DNA from: Puniceicoccaceae bacterium
GTDB taxonomy: Bacteria > Verrucomicrobiota > Verrucomicrobiia > Opitutales > Coraliomargaritaceae
NCBI GenBank assembly: GCA_017854655.1
Contig: JAFMHF010000003.1
Span: 645-64,644 of the forward strand
Length of the DNA stretch: 64,000 bases
Direction of reading: 5' to 3'
Of the stretch, positions 19,994 to 28,760 are shown in pieces. The position numbers and the translations under genes were made by a program. The stretch's first letter is position 1. Each line of letters opens with the position of its first letter. A model generated the notes under the pieces. That model was given only the letters and a program-made list of their open reading frames with translations, was not told the DNA's origin and did not search any database.

Positions 19994-20571
19994 ATCGCAG
20001 GTTCGATCCACTGCAGTCGCCTTAACCAGAATCAATGTTTGCGCATTGGGATACTCTGTATGGTCAAGACGGATGAAGAAATCTTCAAATTTCTCGATAC
20101 GCTTGCGTGTGTCTTCATTATGCCTCCCGACGCGTGGGCGATTCGATTCCTATATCGATATAGCTCGATGAGCATATCAAGATTCGAACTTGAAAACACG
20201 GAAGCTTCTATCCCACATCTTTGTAACAGCGTGCGGCAACCCGACAGCCCAGCGATCCTTCAAATCACGCACCTGAAAGTCGATGCCACAGGCCCCGACG
20301 ATACGATCCGAGAAATCGATCATGTGGTGCTCAAAGAATGAGCATAAAGACAGCAACAGGCTTTCCCTATACAGAAAAGGGCACTCATTCGCATAATTTT
20401 CATAGTCCTCGATTAATGCGTCCATGTGATAGCTTTGCCTTCGTCATTGTCGAAGCCATCCGCCTGCTTCGACTTGGCCACAATGTCCTTAGCCCACCGC
20501 CTCATTATCGCTTCGATTTCAAGGCTCATCTGCCGAACATTCGACAGGTTGAAATCTAACGCATGCCTCAT
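19925..20571 (-). pseudogene. Frameshifted HEPN-domain (RxxxxH) gene remnant
   Basis: Joining minus-strand frames across three apparent single-base indels (~20425, ~20260, ~20120) gives ...YANECPFLYRESLLLSLCSFFEHH...DLK/GLSGCRTLLQRCGI...ELYRYRNRIAHASGG...; RNRIAH is encoded at 20134-20151. Confidence 0.6.
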
Positions 20572-20717
20572 CGCAATGAAGCGAGTCTTACCTGAAGACC
20601 TTCCACTCATACCTAAACAATTACGACAATCGCACCATCTTCAAATGAAATCAGCTCCAAGACGAAGGGTTTTGAGAACTAAAAATTGCGTAATTAAGCG
20701 CATTAAAAGTTCTCAAA

Positions 20718-21149
20718 ATGAATCAAAAGAAACGCTATAAAAATAATCGAAGTGCCCAGATGGCGCGCCAGATCGCTCGCAACCGCAAACAAAATGCTCC
20801 GCGTCTAAAGCTGCTAAAAGAAACAATGGGCTGCCACGCTTGTGGCCGTTGTGATGTTGATGGAGACCATCTTGATGGCCACCACTATGACGGAGATCGT
20901 CATAAATATAAGCCTTTGGCTCACCTAATAAATCGAAATTGGCAGCGAGTCATCCGTGAGATCCTCGGCCTTGATCGTGGCAAGAAGAACTGTGGGGGCC
21001 CGACAGTTTTCTGGTGCCAGAGGTATCATGAAGACTACGAGCAGGTAGGTCATCATGCCAAAACGTGCACTCAGTTACTAAAAGAAGGCCATACCTGTCC
21101 CGAGCGTGTTAAGAGCCGCAAACCAAGGCGAAAGGACGCTTCGCGCTAA
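20718..21149 (+). CDS. HNH-like / zinc-binding endonuclease-like protein
   Basis: CHAC...LDGHH...REI...C.RYH pattern typical of small phage HNH proteins; the second CxxC is degenerate (CQRY). Confidence 0.5.
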   Translation: MNQKKRYKNNRSAQMARQIARNRKQNAPRLKLLKETMGCHACGRCDVDGDHLDGHHYDGDRHKYKPLAHLINRNWQRVIREILGLDRGKKNCGGPTVFWCQRYHEDYEQVGHHAKTCTQLLKEGHTCPERVKSRKPRRKDASR

Positions 21150-21166
21150 ACTTAAAAACTTCTAAA

Positions 21167-21661
21167 ATGACTGAAATATACATTCACACTATCACCAAGG
21201 AGGAAATCACTGGCATGGACTTTAGTCGGTTCGAAAGCCTTTTTGGAGAGTGGCCTCAGCTACGTGGCGACTCACTTCGTAGGCGATATAATTCGCTTGC
21301 CATATTCGTCAGCGGTTACGACCTGCATCCCGACGAAATTTACGTTATCTCAGAGGTCAGGGCTTTCTTTTCTGAGCTTCACCGAAGATGGCCTTGGTGG
21401 CTATACTTCATACACAATTTGGAGGCTAGCATAGCCATTCTGTATCTATGCCTACTGGATCGAGTTGAATCTTTCAAGCGCGAGAACGATGCCATGTGCT
21501 CTGCTGCTTTCGACATCGAACAATTGCTAGAGCATATTCAAAATGACTTCATTCGAATGAACTTCTTGATGGATCGAGCCGGAATGACCGACGAGGAGAA
21601 TAATACGAGATCTCAGGAAATCCTCGATCTATTTGTTCCTAGTATTGGAGGTGCAAAATGA
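21167..21661 (+). CDS. CRR6 (DUF1817)-like protein
   Basis: LAIFVSGYDLHPDEIYVISEVRAFFSELHRRWPWWLYF matches the CRR6-family pattern (GYD..P.E...I.EVR.F...L...P..YF). Confidence 0.6.
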   Translation: MTEIYIHTITKEEITGMDFSRFESLFGEWPQLRGDSLRRRYNSLAIFVSGYDLHPDEIYVISEVRAFFSELHRRWPWWLYFIHNLEASIAILYLCLLDRVESFKRENDAMCSAAFDIEQLLEHIQNDFIRMNFLMDRAGMTDEENNTRSQEILDLFVPSIGGAK

Positions 21662-21918
21662 GTAGCGAAGCTGTCGAATACTGGTCACTTTTTGTCGTGA
21701 CTTCGATTTATTCCATCGTGCCAATGTATCCATCCTGGTTGCTGCTTTGGGTGACAATTGGCTTAATTTGGGACAGGCGCTATGGCCCCAGTTGGTGCCA
21801 ATATAATCGAAAGACAAGGACTTATAAATTTCTAATTCTAGATTTCCTCGTCTGCTTTCCTTTCGCACTTGTCTGCATGCTTGCAGTCATACTTTCGAAA
21901 GGAGCAAGCAATGAATAG
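21658..21918 (+). CDS. Small membrane protein
   Basis: Two or three hydrophobic segments; ATGA overlap upstream and overlap with the next gene. Confidence 0.55.
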   Translation: MSSEAVEYWSLFVVTSIYSIVPMYPSWLLLWVTIGLIWDRRYGPSWCQYNRKTRTYKFLILDFLVCFPFALVCMLAVILSKGASNE

Positions 21919-23335
21919 TTCAGACATAAATCACCTAGATGATAGCATTATAAATCTACCCTGTTATGAACCAGCAGGTTCCTCTGTTTCGATGACTATC
22001 GCTGATCTAATGGGGCACACACTGGTGACAGGCGGTAGTGGCACTGGAAAAACCACTCGTGTGATTTATCCGATGCTGAAGCAGCTGCTTGAAAAGACGG
22101 CAAGTTCTTCAGAAACGAAAGTGGGTCTATGCATTATCGATACGAAAGCCGATGGTGAAATGATCGCATATCTTAAGAAAGCCTGTCTTGAGGCTGGGCG
22201 CTTAAAAGATCTATGCGTCATTGATTGTGATAGTGATTACTGCGTGGATTTGTTGGATCCGGTAAAGCAGAACGGCATACAAGGAGCTGAGGTTATTTCT
22301 GGCCTGTTGGCGGCACTAATTCCCGAATCGGAAATCAATCGATACTGGGAGGTCACTTTTGAATCGATGCTTTTGCTTGCTCTACGACTGTATTTTTTGA
22401 CTGCCGAAATACAGAGCTACTCTGATATGGTGAAATTCCTAATTCGCTACTTGTTGTATTTCGATGTTCTTAACGATGAGTTTAAGGAGGCGCTGTATTC
22501 ACTACAGGAGGACAAGGAAACTAAAAATGCTGCTGTCATTGAGGAAACCCTCGCAGGGCATCGAATGTGGAAAACACTCGATGTGCGAACGCGAAGTGTC
22601 TTTCAATCAATGGCTGCGCCACTGCTTAATTCACTATCTAGTAAGACTGCTCGAAAATTCTTTTCAGGCGGTAAGGCGTGTAGTGTTCAAGACGCCACAA
22701 ACTTTGGAAAAGTCTTTGCCATTAGTGTCGATGCAATCCGAGAGCCAACAGTTGGTGCACTTGTGTCGACCATTATCAAAGGTCAATTTTACGATTCGAT
22801 TTTGAATCGACGGCATCGAGATCGAAATGAGCAGCGTATAGCTGGCTTGGTAATGGATGATTGGCCACTTTGTGCGACTGGAGGGGTGAATAACCGTCAC
22901 TCTGATGTTAGCGCACTCGGTATGATACGCTCCAGGCGTGGTTTTGTCATTGCCGCCACCCAAGGGCTGTCAGCGCTGGATTTAAAGATTGGAGCAGTTT
23001 CAAGACGCGCCGCTATGGGGAATTTTTCCAATGTATTTTTCTTTAGGGGGCGAGATTTTGAGTTAGACGCTTTTGCATCAACGTATCTGGGGGAGAGACG
23101 TAAGGTTCTTCAAGATCGCACAAAGCCGGCTAAAGAGCATACCTCACGCAGACAAGCTGAAGCACTGGAGCATGAGCGAGAAACATTCGTCCCTGCCGTT
23201 CCAGTTGGTGCACTCGCTCGTTTGCCACTAGGTGAAGCTTTTGCTCTAATCGGCGGGGCAGTTCATAGTCAGCCACTATGCCTAGTTCCTGACTATGCGC
23301 CAACGCTGGAGGTGGAACATGAGCAGGAAAGTTGA
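21911..23335 (+). CDS. VirD4/TraD-like type IV coupling ATPase (no N-terminal TM in this ORF); ORF caller start 21869
   Basis: HTLVTGGSGTGKTT, IIDTKADG, Walker B-like LVMDDW, IAATQGLSAL, NFSNVFFFR, LARLPLGEA. Confidence 0.7.
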   Translation: MNSSDINHLDDSIINLPCYEPAGSSVSMTIADLMGHTLVTGGSGTGKTTRVIYPMLKQLLEKTASSSETKVGLCIIDTKADGEMIAYLKKACLEAGRLKDLCVIDCDSDYCVDLLDPVKQNGIQGAEVISGLLAALIPESEINRYWEVTFESMLLLALRLYFLTAEIQSYSDMVKFLIRYLLYFDVLNDEFKEALYSLQEDKETKNAAVIEETLAGHRMWKTLDVRTRSVFQSMAAPLLNSLSSKTARKFFSGGKACSVQDATNFGKVFAISVDAIREPTVGALVSTIIKGQFYDSILNRRHRDRNEQRIAGLVMDDWPLCATGGVNNRHSDVSALGMIRSRRGFVIAATQGLSALDLKIGAVSRRAAMGNFSNVFFFRGRDFELDAFASTYLGERRKVLQDRTKPAKEHTSRRQAEALEHERETFVPAVPVGALARLPLGEAFALIGGAVHSQPLCLVPDYAPTLEVEHEQES

Positions 23336-23843
23336 CTTCCAAGCAGTCCATGAAAGGGCATTGGCTAGAGTTTCTCTGGATGCATCAATTGGGCGAATTC
23401 CGTTTTATGACTATAGCATTGAGTATCAATCGGCATTGGGTTTGCCGTTCCACAGTCCTGAACCTGAACTGATTCATTTTTTAGAATACTCTGAGAAAAT
23501 TGAGAATTCAAAAAATGCATGTGAGAAGATTGAAAGGTGCTATTCGAGATATTCCGTCGAGATACCTATCGGGCTACTAGATCTTCCGGTCTGGTGGACG
23601 CCTGCTATTATTGACTCGATTAAGGCAGCGAATTGGGTCGAAGCGGACTCTTCATGGACAAGAAAGGTCTTCGGATGGACTTACGTTCAGATGCAAGGTG
23701 CATTTTTGGACATTCAATTTGAAAATCCAATATCTTGTGATTCCAGCGATTGGTTTCAAATGGCACAGGCACTTCTTGATCTTCACCGTCGTCTAGAGCC
23801 CGGTCCACTAACGTCTCGAAAGCGACTCATCGAATTCGTATAA
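23319..23843 (+). CDS. Hypothetical protein; ORF caller start 23295
   Basis: Overlaps the coupling-protein stop; followed by a terminator; no family recognised. Confidence 0.55.
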   Translation: MSRKVDFQAVHERALARVSLDASIGRIPFYDYSIEYQSALGLPFHSPEPELIHFLEYSEKIENSKNACEKIERCYSRYSVEIPIGLLDLPVWWTPAIIDSIKAANWVEADSSWTRKVFGWTYVQMQGAFLDIQFENPISCDSSDWFQMAQALLDLHRRLEPGPLTSRKRLIEFV

Positions 23844-23870
23844 GGAATTCCGCACTAGACAGTCCCTCCT

Positions 23871-23902
23871 GAACCCCGCCAATCGGCGGGGTTCTTTGCT
23901 TT
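23871..23902 (+). terminator. Intrinsic terminator
   Basis: GAACCCCGCC-AATC-GGCGGGGTTC perfect 10-bp stem followed by TTTGCTTT. Confidence 0.8.
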
Positions 23903-23924
23903 CCATACCCGACAACTAAAATTT

Positions 23925-25064
23925 ATGGAAATACAATACACACGCGACTACCTGCTCACCTGCGAAACGGAGAGCTACTCACCATGGCCCAACTTTAAAC
24001 CAAATCAAACGATTCAGCTCGGAGGCCTTTGGCGCAGTGTCCACCTCTATCATGTATTAACCGCTGCTGACTTAAGCTGCGCTGCTTGGCGCGCGGCGAT
24101 CCCTAGCAATATACTACGGACATTACAGCAATTCTCCGAGTGCCATGCCGAGCTAATCGAGATGGCGCAAGTTGTCCCAGATTTTTACCTAAACACGGTA
24201 AGAAAAAGCCCAGCTCTTACCCTTCTATACGCCACATACTGGATCTATCACTCTATTGAAGAAGCTCCGTCGATTGATGAGCGAATGATCGTATGGGAGA
24301 ATTTGGATTCCCAGAACCTTCTGCAACATATGCGCTTTAATGCGTCAAAAAGCTTCATTCGAGCTTTGTCGAAGATCCCAATTGCAGACGCGACACACTA
24401 TTTGATCCGAGCAATTCGAGATCACTGGCAAGTCCCTGATAAGCGACGGCTTCTTCAGCACAGAGATAGTATAAAAATCGAGAACGCGTGGCTACTGTCA
24501 TGTTACCCCGCAATACTTGATCCAGGCATTCACCAGCTCGCTGCAGAAGCTCCAAACTATGAAGAGTATACACTTGTGGACGTCGTCTGTGATCTGTCAA
24601 ACCGCCGAGAACTGCATGGCTGGGAACCGTGGCCTTATAGGAATATGATTCTCACATGGGAACAGCTTTTGCGTGCATATAATAATTTTTTCAAGAAGAC
24701 CAATCACTTCCCAGAGACCTTTCCAAAACCGCCAGTCTATGGGGTTACGGATGAGAATTATCACATTGAAGCGCTGACCAATCTAACTGCGCTCAAGCGC
24801 GAGTCAAGAGAGATGGCGAACTGCACCGAGGATTACGCTGGCCCTATCGCTTATGGGAAATCTTACGCTTACCGGCTCCTGATACCTGAAAGAGCAACCG
24901 TGATGCTTGAGTATCGTTCAGGGCGCTGGGGCATCGAAGAAGCAATGATTTCCGAGAATCTACGTGCAGTCCTACCCAGTACATGGATTCAACTTCGAAA
25001 ATGGCTGAAAGAAAATTCGGAACTAAAAAATTCGTCAAAATTAAAACTAAATAACTATGAATAA
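23925..25064 (+). CDS. PcfJ-domain protein (paralogue 1)
   Basis: C-terminal IEALTNLTALKRESREMANCTEDY...YAYRLLIPERATVML resembles the PcfJ-like domain. Confidence 0.65.
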   Translation: MEIQYTRDYLLTCETESYSPWPNFKPNQTIQLGGLWRSVHLYHVLTAADLSCAAWRAAIPSNILRTLQQFSECHAELIEMAQVVPDFYLNTVRKSPALTLLYATYWIYHSIEEAPSIDERMIVWENLDSQNLLQHMRFNASKSFIRALSKIPIADATHYLIRAIRDHWQVPDKRRLLQHRDSIKIENAWLLSCYPAILDPGIHQLAAEAPNYEEYTLVDVVCDLSNRRELHGWEPWPYRNMILTWEQLLRAYNNFFKKTNHFPETFPKPPVYGVTDENYHIEALTNLTALKRESREMANCTEDYAGPIAYGKSYAYRLLIPERATVMLEYRSGRWGIEEAMISENLRAVLPSTWIQLRKWLKENSELKNSSKLKLNNYE

Positions 25065-26193
25065 ACTAGACAATTATCAATACCTATCAGACGCCTCTAT
25101 TCGCATCGATGACGTTACCTTTCGCCCTTGGCCTGACTTCTGCATCATTGGAGAAGTTGGCTGTGGAAAGAACCACTTATTGCCCAATCTGCTGGTCTCG
25201 TCTGACCCGCTTGCGATTATGTGGAGAGGGAAAATCCCTACAAAGGTGCTCGAACTTATTCGGCGCTTTCCAGTGTGTCTGTGGAGTGGCCTCCTCGAAC
25301 TCTCTCAACTGCATGCGGAGTATTTCCTACAATGGGGACAGAATTGTCCAGCGCTCATTGGTTTGCTTGCCATGCACTCAAGTGAAATACAAGCGGACCG
25401 AGATCTTGACCGAATTCGAGCATTGTATAAAGGACGCAAAGAAAGAATGAAAGTCGTTGGTCTGCCGCCGACGAGGGAAGCGTTCCGCATACTACAAAAA
25501 CTTACTGTAGAAGACTGCTACCCAACACAGCTTGAGCAACTTCGTTCGGCAGTGAATCATTCAAAGAAAAGGCGTCTAATGACGCACCTCAGTCGCATTA
25601 CATGCTCAACCCTAGAGACATTGCTTTTGCCTGATACTTTTTTGGACGTGAATTTGCTTCAACTAGAAGACGCCGGCGAGTTGCCCGATGATTATAATTC
25701 AGTCGCCGCACTCTGCTCAGATATTGCCGATTGCAGGCGTAAACTCGGAAAACTACCGGTCTGGCCGTATCGTGGTAGTAAAATTAGCGTGCACAAGCTG
25801 CTGCAAGCTCGTGATAGCTACGAACTAGAACTACTCCTGGGCGAAGAATATAAAGCAACAGTACTCCCTGATCCGCCTGTCGGCGGGATTGTAAGCAGTC
25901 AGATCAGAATCGAAGCACTCCGAACTGTGAGGGATATTTGCGACGAAGGAACTTGTATGAAGAACTGCCTCATTACGTATGCCCAGGCGATCATGAAAGG
26001 GACCCATTATGCCTATAAAATGATTTACCCTGAACGGGCAACGATACTGTTGAATCGGAAGATGGAAGACTGGTACCCTGTCGAGATTCGAGGGTACGAA
26101 AATAGTTATATCGATCCAAATCATGTAGATCTAATTTATACGTGGCTGGGAAATCTCAACCGAAAGGAGGTGCCAGATGACTTCCCTTTCTGA
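25057..26193 (+). CDS. PcfJ-domain protein (paralogue 2)
   Basis: C-terminal IEALRTVRDICDEGTCMKNCLITY...YAYKMIYPERATILL; collinear with the upstream ORF over its whole length. Confidence 0.65.
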   Translation: MNKLDNYQYLSDASIRIDDVTFRPWPDFCIIGEVGCGKNHLLPNLLVSSDPLAIMWRGKIPTKVLELIRRFPVCLWSGLLELSQLHAEYFLQWGQNCPALIGLLAMHSSEIQADRDLDRIRALYKGRKERMKVVGLPPTREAFRILQKLTVEDCYPTQLEQLRSAVNHSKKRRLMTHLSRITCSTLETLLLPDTFLDVNLLQLEDAGELPDDYNSVAALCSDIADCRRKLGKLPVWPYRGSKISVHKLLQARDSYELELLLGEEYKATVLPDPPVGGIVSSQIRIEALRTVRDICDEGTCMKNCLITYAQAIMKGTHYAYKMIYPERATILLNRKMEDWYPVEIRGYENSYIDPNHVDLIYTWLGNLNRKEVPDDFPF

Positions 26194-27226
26194 ACCATTT
26201 AAACGTCGAATGTTGGCTCCAATTGAGACTCTTCTAAAAGGTGCCATCGATGAAGGCACCCCATCGAGACCTAATTCCGGAGGACGTAACATTGAGCCGC
26301 CGATATTCGACGAAGAAGATCCTACATTTGAAAGCAACCACTCTTATGCTCCCGCCCGTAGTGGTCATGTCGGTAAGGTCGATAAAGAAGCTTATGAGCA
26401 GACGCTTTATCGGATGAACGGCTTGATCGGCTTGCAGTCGGCGAAGCAATCAATTCGGCGACTATCTGACTTCGCATGTATCGAGTCGGAACGCCGACGT
26501 CTCAAGCTTCCGCTGTCCGAAATTACCTTTCACTGTGTCTTCACCGGGGCACCTGGCACTGGAAAAACTTCGTTCGCGAGGCTACTGGGCAAGCTACTTC
26601 ATTCATTGGGGCTACTGGAGAGTGGACACACGATCGAGGTGTCCAAGTCCGACCTTGTGGGCGGTTACTTGGGGCAGACACCTTTGAAAGTTAAAAAGGT
26701 TTTCGACCATGCCGATGGCGGCGTTCTCTTCCTCGACGAAGCGTATTCGCTCACCCACGACGACCAAGATCTCTACGGCAAAGAAGCTATCGATATGATT
26801 GTCAAACTAATGGAAGATCGGCGCGACCGTGTCGTAGTGATCGTCGCGGGATACCCAAAACAAATGCGTGAATTCATCGCATCAAATCCCGGTCTGAGAT
26901 CACGATTTAGCCGTACTATTTTCTTCGACAATTTCGACGCTGAAGAACTGTACTCTATTGAGAAGCAGATGATCCGAAGTTCAGGATTTGACGGATCAGA
27001 TGGGTTCTTTCTTCGCAGTGAACTGATGTGGCAAAAGCTCTATGAGCAGCGTCTAACACATGGCTCCAATGCCCGTTTGGTTCGCAGCGCGATGGACATT
27101 ATATTAGAAAACCAAGCAGCACGCCTTAACAGAATTCCGCGAAAAAAGCGTCACGAACTATGTGAGCTGATCGCCGATGATTTGGACGGGGTTGAGACTC
27201 AACTAAGATGGAATCACGATGACTAA
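26177..27226 (+). CDS. CbbX/SpoVK/EccA-family AAA+ ATPase
   Basis: LIGLQSAK, HCVFTGAPGTGKT, DLVGGYLGQT, GGVLFLDEAYSL, VIVAGY, NPGLRSRF, NARLVR. Confidence 0.9.
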   Translation: MTSLSEPFKRRMLAPIETLLKGAIDEGTPSRPNSGGRNIEPPIFDEEDPTFESNHSYAPARSGHVGKVDKEAYEQTLYRMNGLIGLQSAKQSIRRLSDFACIESERRRLKLPLSEITFHCVFTGAPGTGKTSFARLLGKLLHSLGLLESGHTIEVSKSDLVGGYLGQTPLKVKKVFDHADGGVLFLDEAYSLTHDDQDLYGKEAIDMIVKLMEDRRDRVVVIVAGYPKQMREFIASNPGLRSRFSRTIFFDNFDAEELYSIEKQMIRSSGFDGSDGFFLRSELMWQKLYEQRLTHGSNARLVRSAMDIILENQAARLNRIPRKKRHELCELIADDLDGVETQLRWNHDD

Positions 27227-28403
27227 ACGCACACAAATTAAGGTTGTTCAGCAGGACATGTGGATGGATTCGTTGCCTCCCATTCTGCTGGATCGAATAC
27301 GTCTCTGTTCCAGTGAAAGAGAGGTGCCAGCGGAGATTCCACTGATGGTCGGACTGGCCGCTGTAGCAGCCAGCTTAGGCTCCGGTCTAGAAATTCAGTC
27401 GGGAACTAACCGTACAACACGCGCTAATCTTTTTGTTCTCCTCGGTGTCAGTTCTGGAATCGGAAAAAGTGAGGTTTTCAGAGACCTACTTGGCCCTCTG
27501 CTTGCTTTCGAAGATGCGTTGCACCGTTGGTGGGAAAACGAGCCATTGGTTAAAGCCAGAGCCGGTGAGGAATTGCTTAAAGCTAGGATTTCAGGTATGC
27601 GAACTGAAATTCGAAAACTTCACTCAGGACTTGCGACGAGTTTTTTCGAAAAGCTTCAAGAAGCCGAACGCGCTCGTATGGCATGCGAAACATTCCGGCA
27701 CGCACCAAGCCTTTTGGCCGATGATTCAACATCTGAGGCACTGGCTCAAATGATGTTTCGGTCGAATGAGGCTATCGCCTCCGTCTCTGCGGATGCTCGT
27801 TATTTCCTAAAGCGTCTGGGCACTCCAGACACAAAGGAGGAGTCATTTTTCCTAAAGGGGTTTAGCGGCGACTTAGCACTGACGAATCGCGTTTCCCGTA
27901 ATGCCGTTCGCCTGCGAAAACCTTGTTTGACGACACTGCTTCTTACGCAGCGCGATGCTTACAGGGATTTCATAGATAAGTCGGTGAAGAATCGTTCCGG
28001 TCTACTGCCCAGATTTCTGCATGCGCGAATCAACCACTCAAAGTCAGACTTGGTCAGGATCGATGGACGGACAACTAGCCGGATCCGCAACGATTACGCT
28101 GAACGTATAAAAGACATCATTGAAGCATATCGCTTCGAATCAAGTCCGACAACAGTCGAAGTCTCTGACTCAGCTAAACAGTTCATCGAGAGCATCGAAC
28201 GTGAATGTCGAAACGCTGCCATGACCGACGAAAGTCTACATGGCGAAATAATGCGACGCCGGGCCGAACAAACTTGGAGGGTCAGTCTGTGCCTGCATGC
28301 TCTGCGGTATGGAACAACTTCCACCCTGCATCCACTGGAACTCAGTGACGCTCAAACCGCAGTTCAGATCGTGACTCGATTCACCGCTACACCTGAAAAC
28401 TGA
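27219..28403 (+). CDS. DUF3987/YfjI-family P-loop protein (helicase-like)
   Basis: NLFVLLGVSSGIGKS, ADDSTSEAL, RSGLLPRFL and C-terminal RRRAEQTWRVSLCLH. Confidence 0.7.
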   Translation: MTKRTQIKVVQQDMWMDSLPPILLDRIRLCSSEREVPAEIPLMVGLAAVAASLGSGLEIQSGTNRTTRANLFVLLGVSSGIGKSEVFRDLLGPLLAFEDALHRWWENEPLVKARAGEELLKARISGMRTEIRKLHSGLATSFFEKLQEAERARMACETFRHAPSLLADDSTSEALAQMMFRSNEAIASVSADARYFLKRLGTPDTKEESFFLKGFSGDLALTNRVSRNAVRLRKPCLTTLLLTQRDAYRDFIDKSVKNRSGLLPRFLHARINHSKSDLVRIDGRTTSRIRNDYAERIKDIIEAYRFESSPTTVEVSDSAKQFIESIERECRNAAMTDESLHGEIMRRRAEQTWRVSLCLHALRYGTTSTLHPLELSDAQTAVQIVTRFTATPEN

Positions 28404-28417
28404 AATACATAATAGCC

Positions 28418-28609
28418 ATGAAAAAACTTAACGAAAAGCTCGATAGGATCAAAGCGGAAGCCCTTGAGCTAACAACAGTCATTGATCGCTTGATAGTAGA
28501 GGTTCAGTCTCTTCGTGTCGAAGCCACATCCGCAGAAGACGCGAAGCGACGTCATCGACTGGAAATGGATCTGCTGAACATGAAAGACTTTATGTGGATT
28601 CGTAGATAG
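28418..28609 (+). CDS. Small coiled-coil hypothetical protein
   Basis: 63 aa with heptad-like pattern; 14 nt after the previous gene. Confidence 0.45.
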   Translation: MKKLNEKLDRIKAEALELTTVIDRLIVEVQSLRVEATSAEDAKRRHRLEMDLLNMKDFMWIRR

Positions 28610-28760
28610 CGTAAAGCAGAGCCAATCAGTCCCGAGAAACATTTGAAGATTGGGGCCCCTTCGTGGAATGCTCCGCAGTGTGCTGCAACTCACTGTATTC
28701 TCTCGAAGCAATCTGCGTCTTCGCCGAGCATTATCTCGACGCCTTCGAGTTGTCCTTTTT

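Noticed and set aside
20039-20740. Plus-strand ORFs 20039-20341, 20338-20559 and 20426-20740
   Set aside because: No motifs; better explained as antisense shadows of the frameshifted HEPN remnant.
26177-27226. CbbX as evidence of a Rubisco/carbon-fixation locus or EccA as evidence of type VII secretion
   Set aside because: No cbbL/cbbS or ESX genes nearby; only the AAA+ family assignment is supported.
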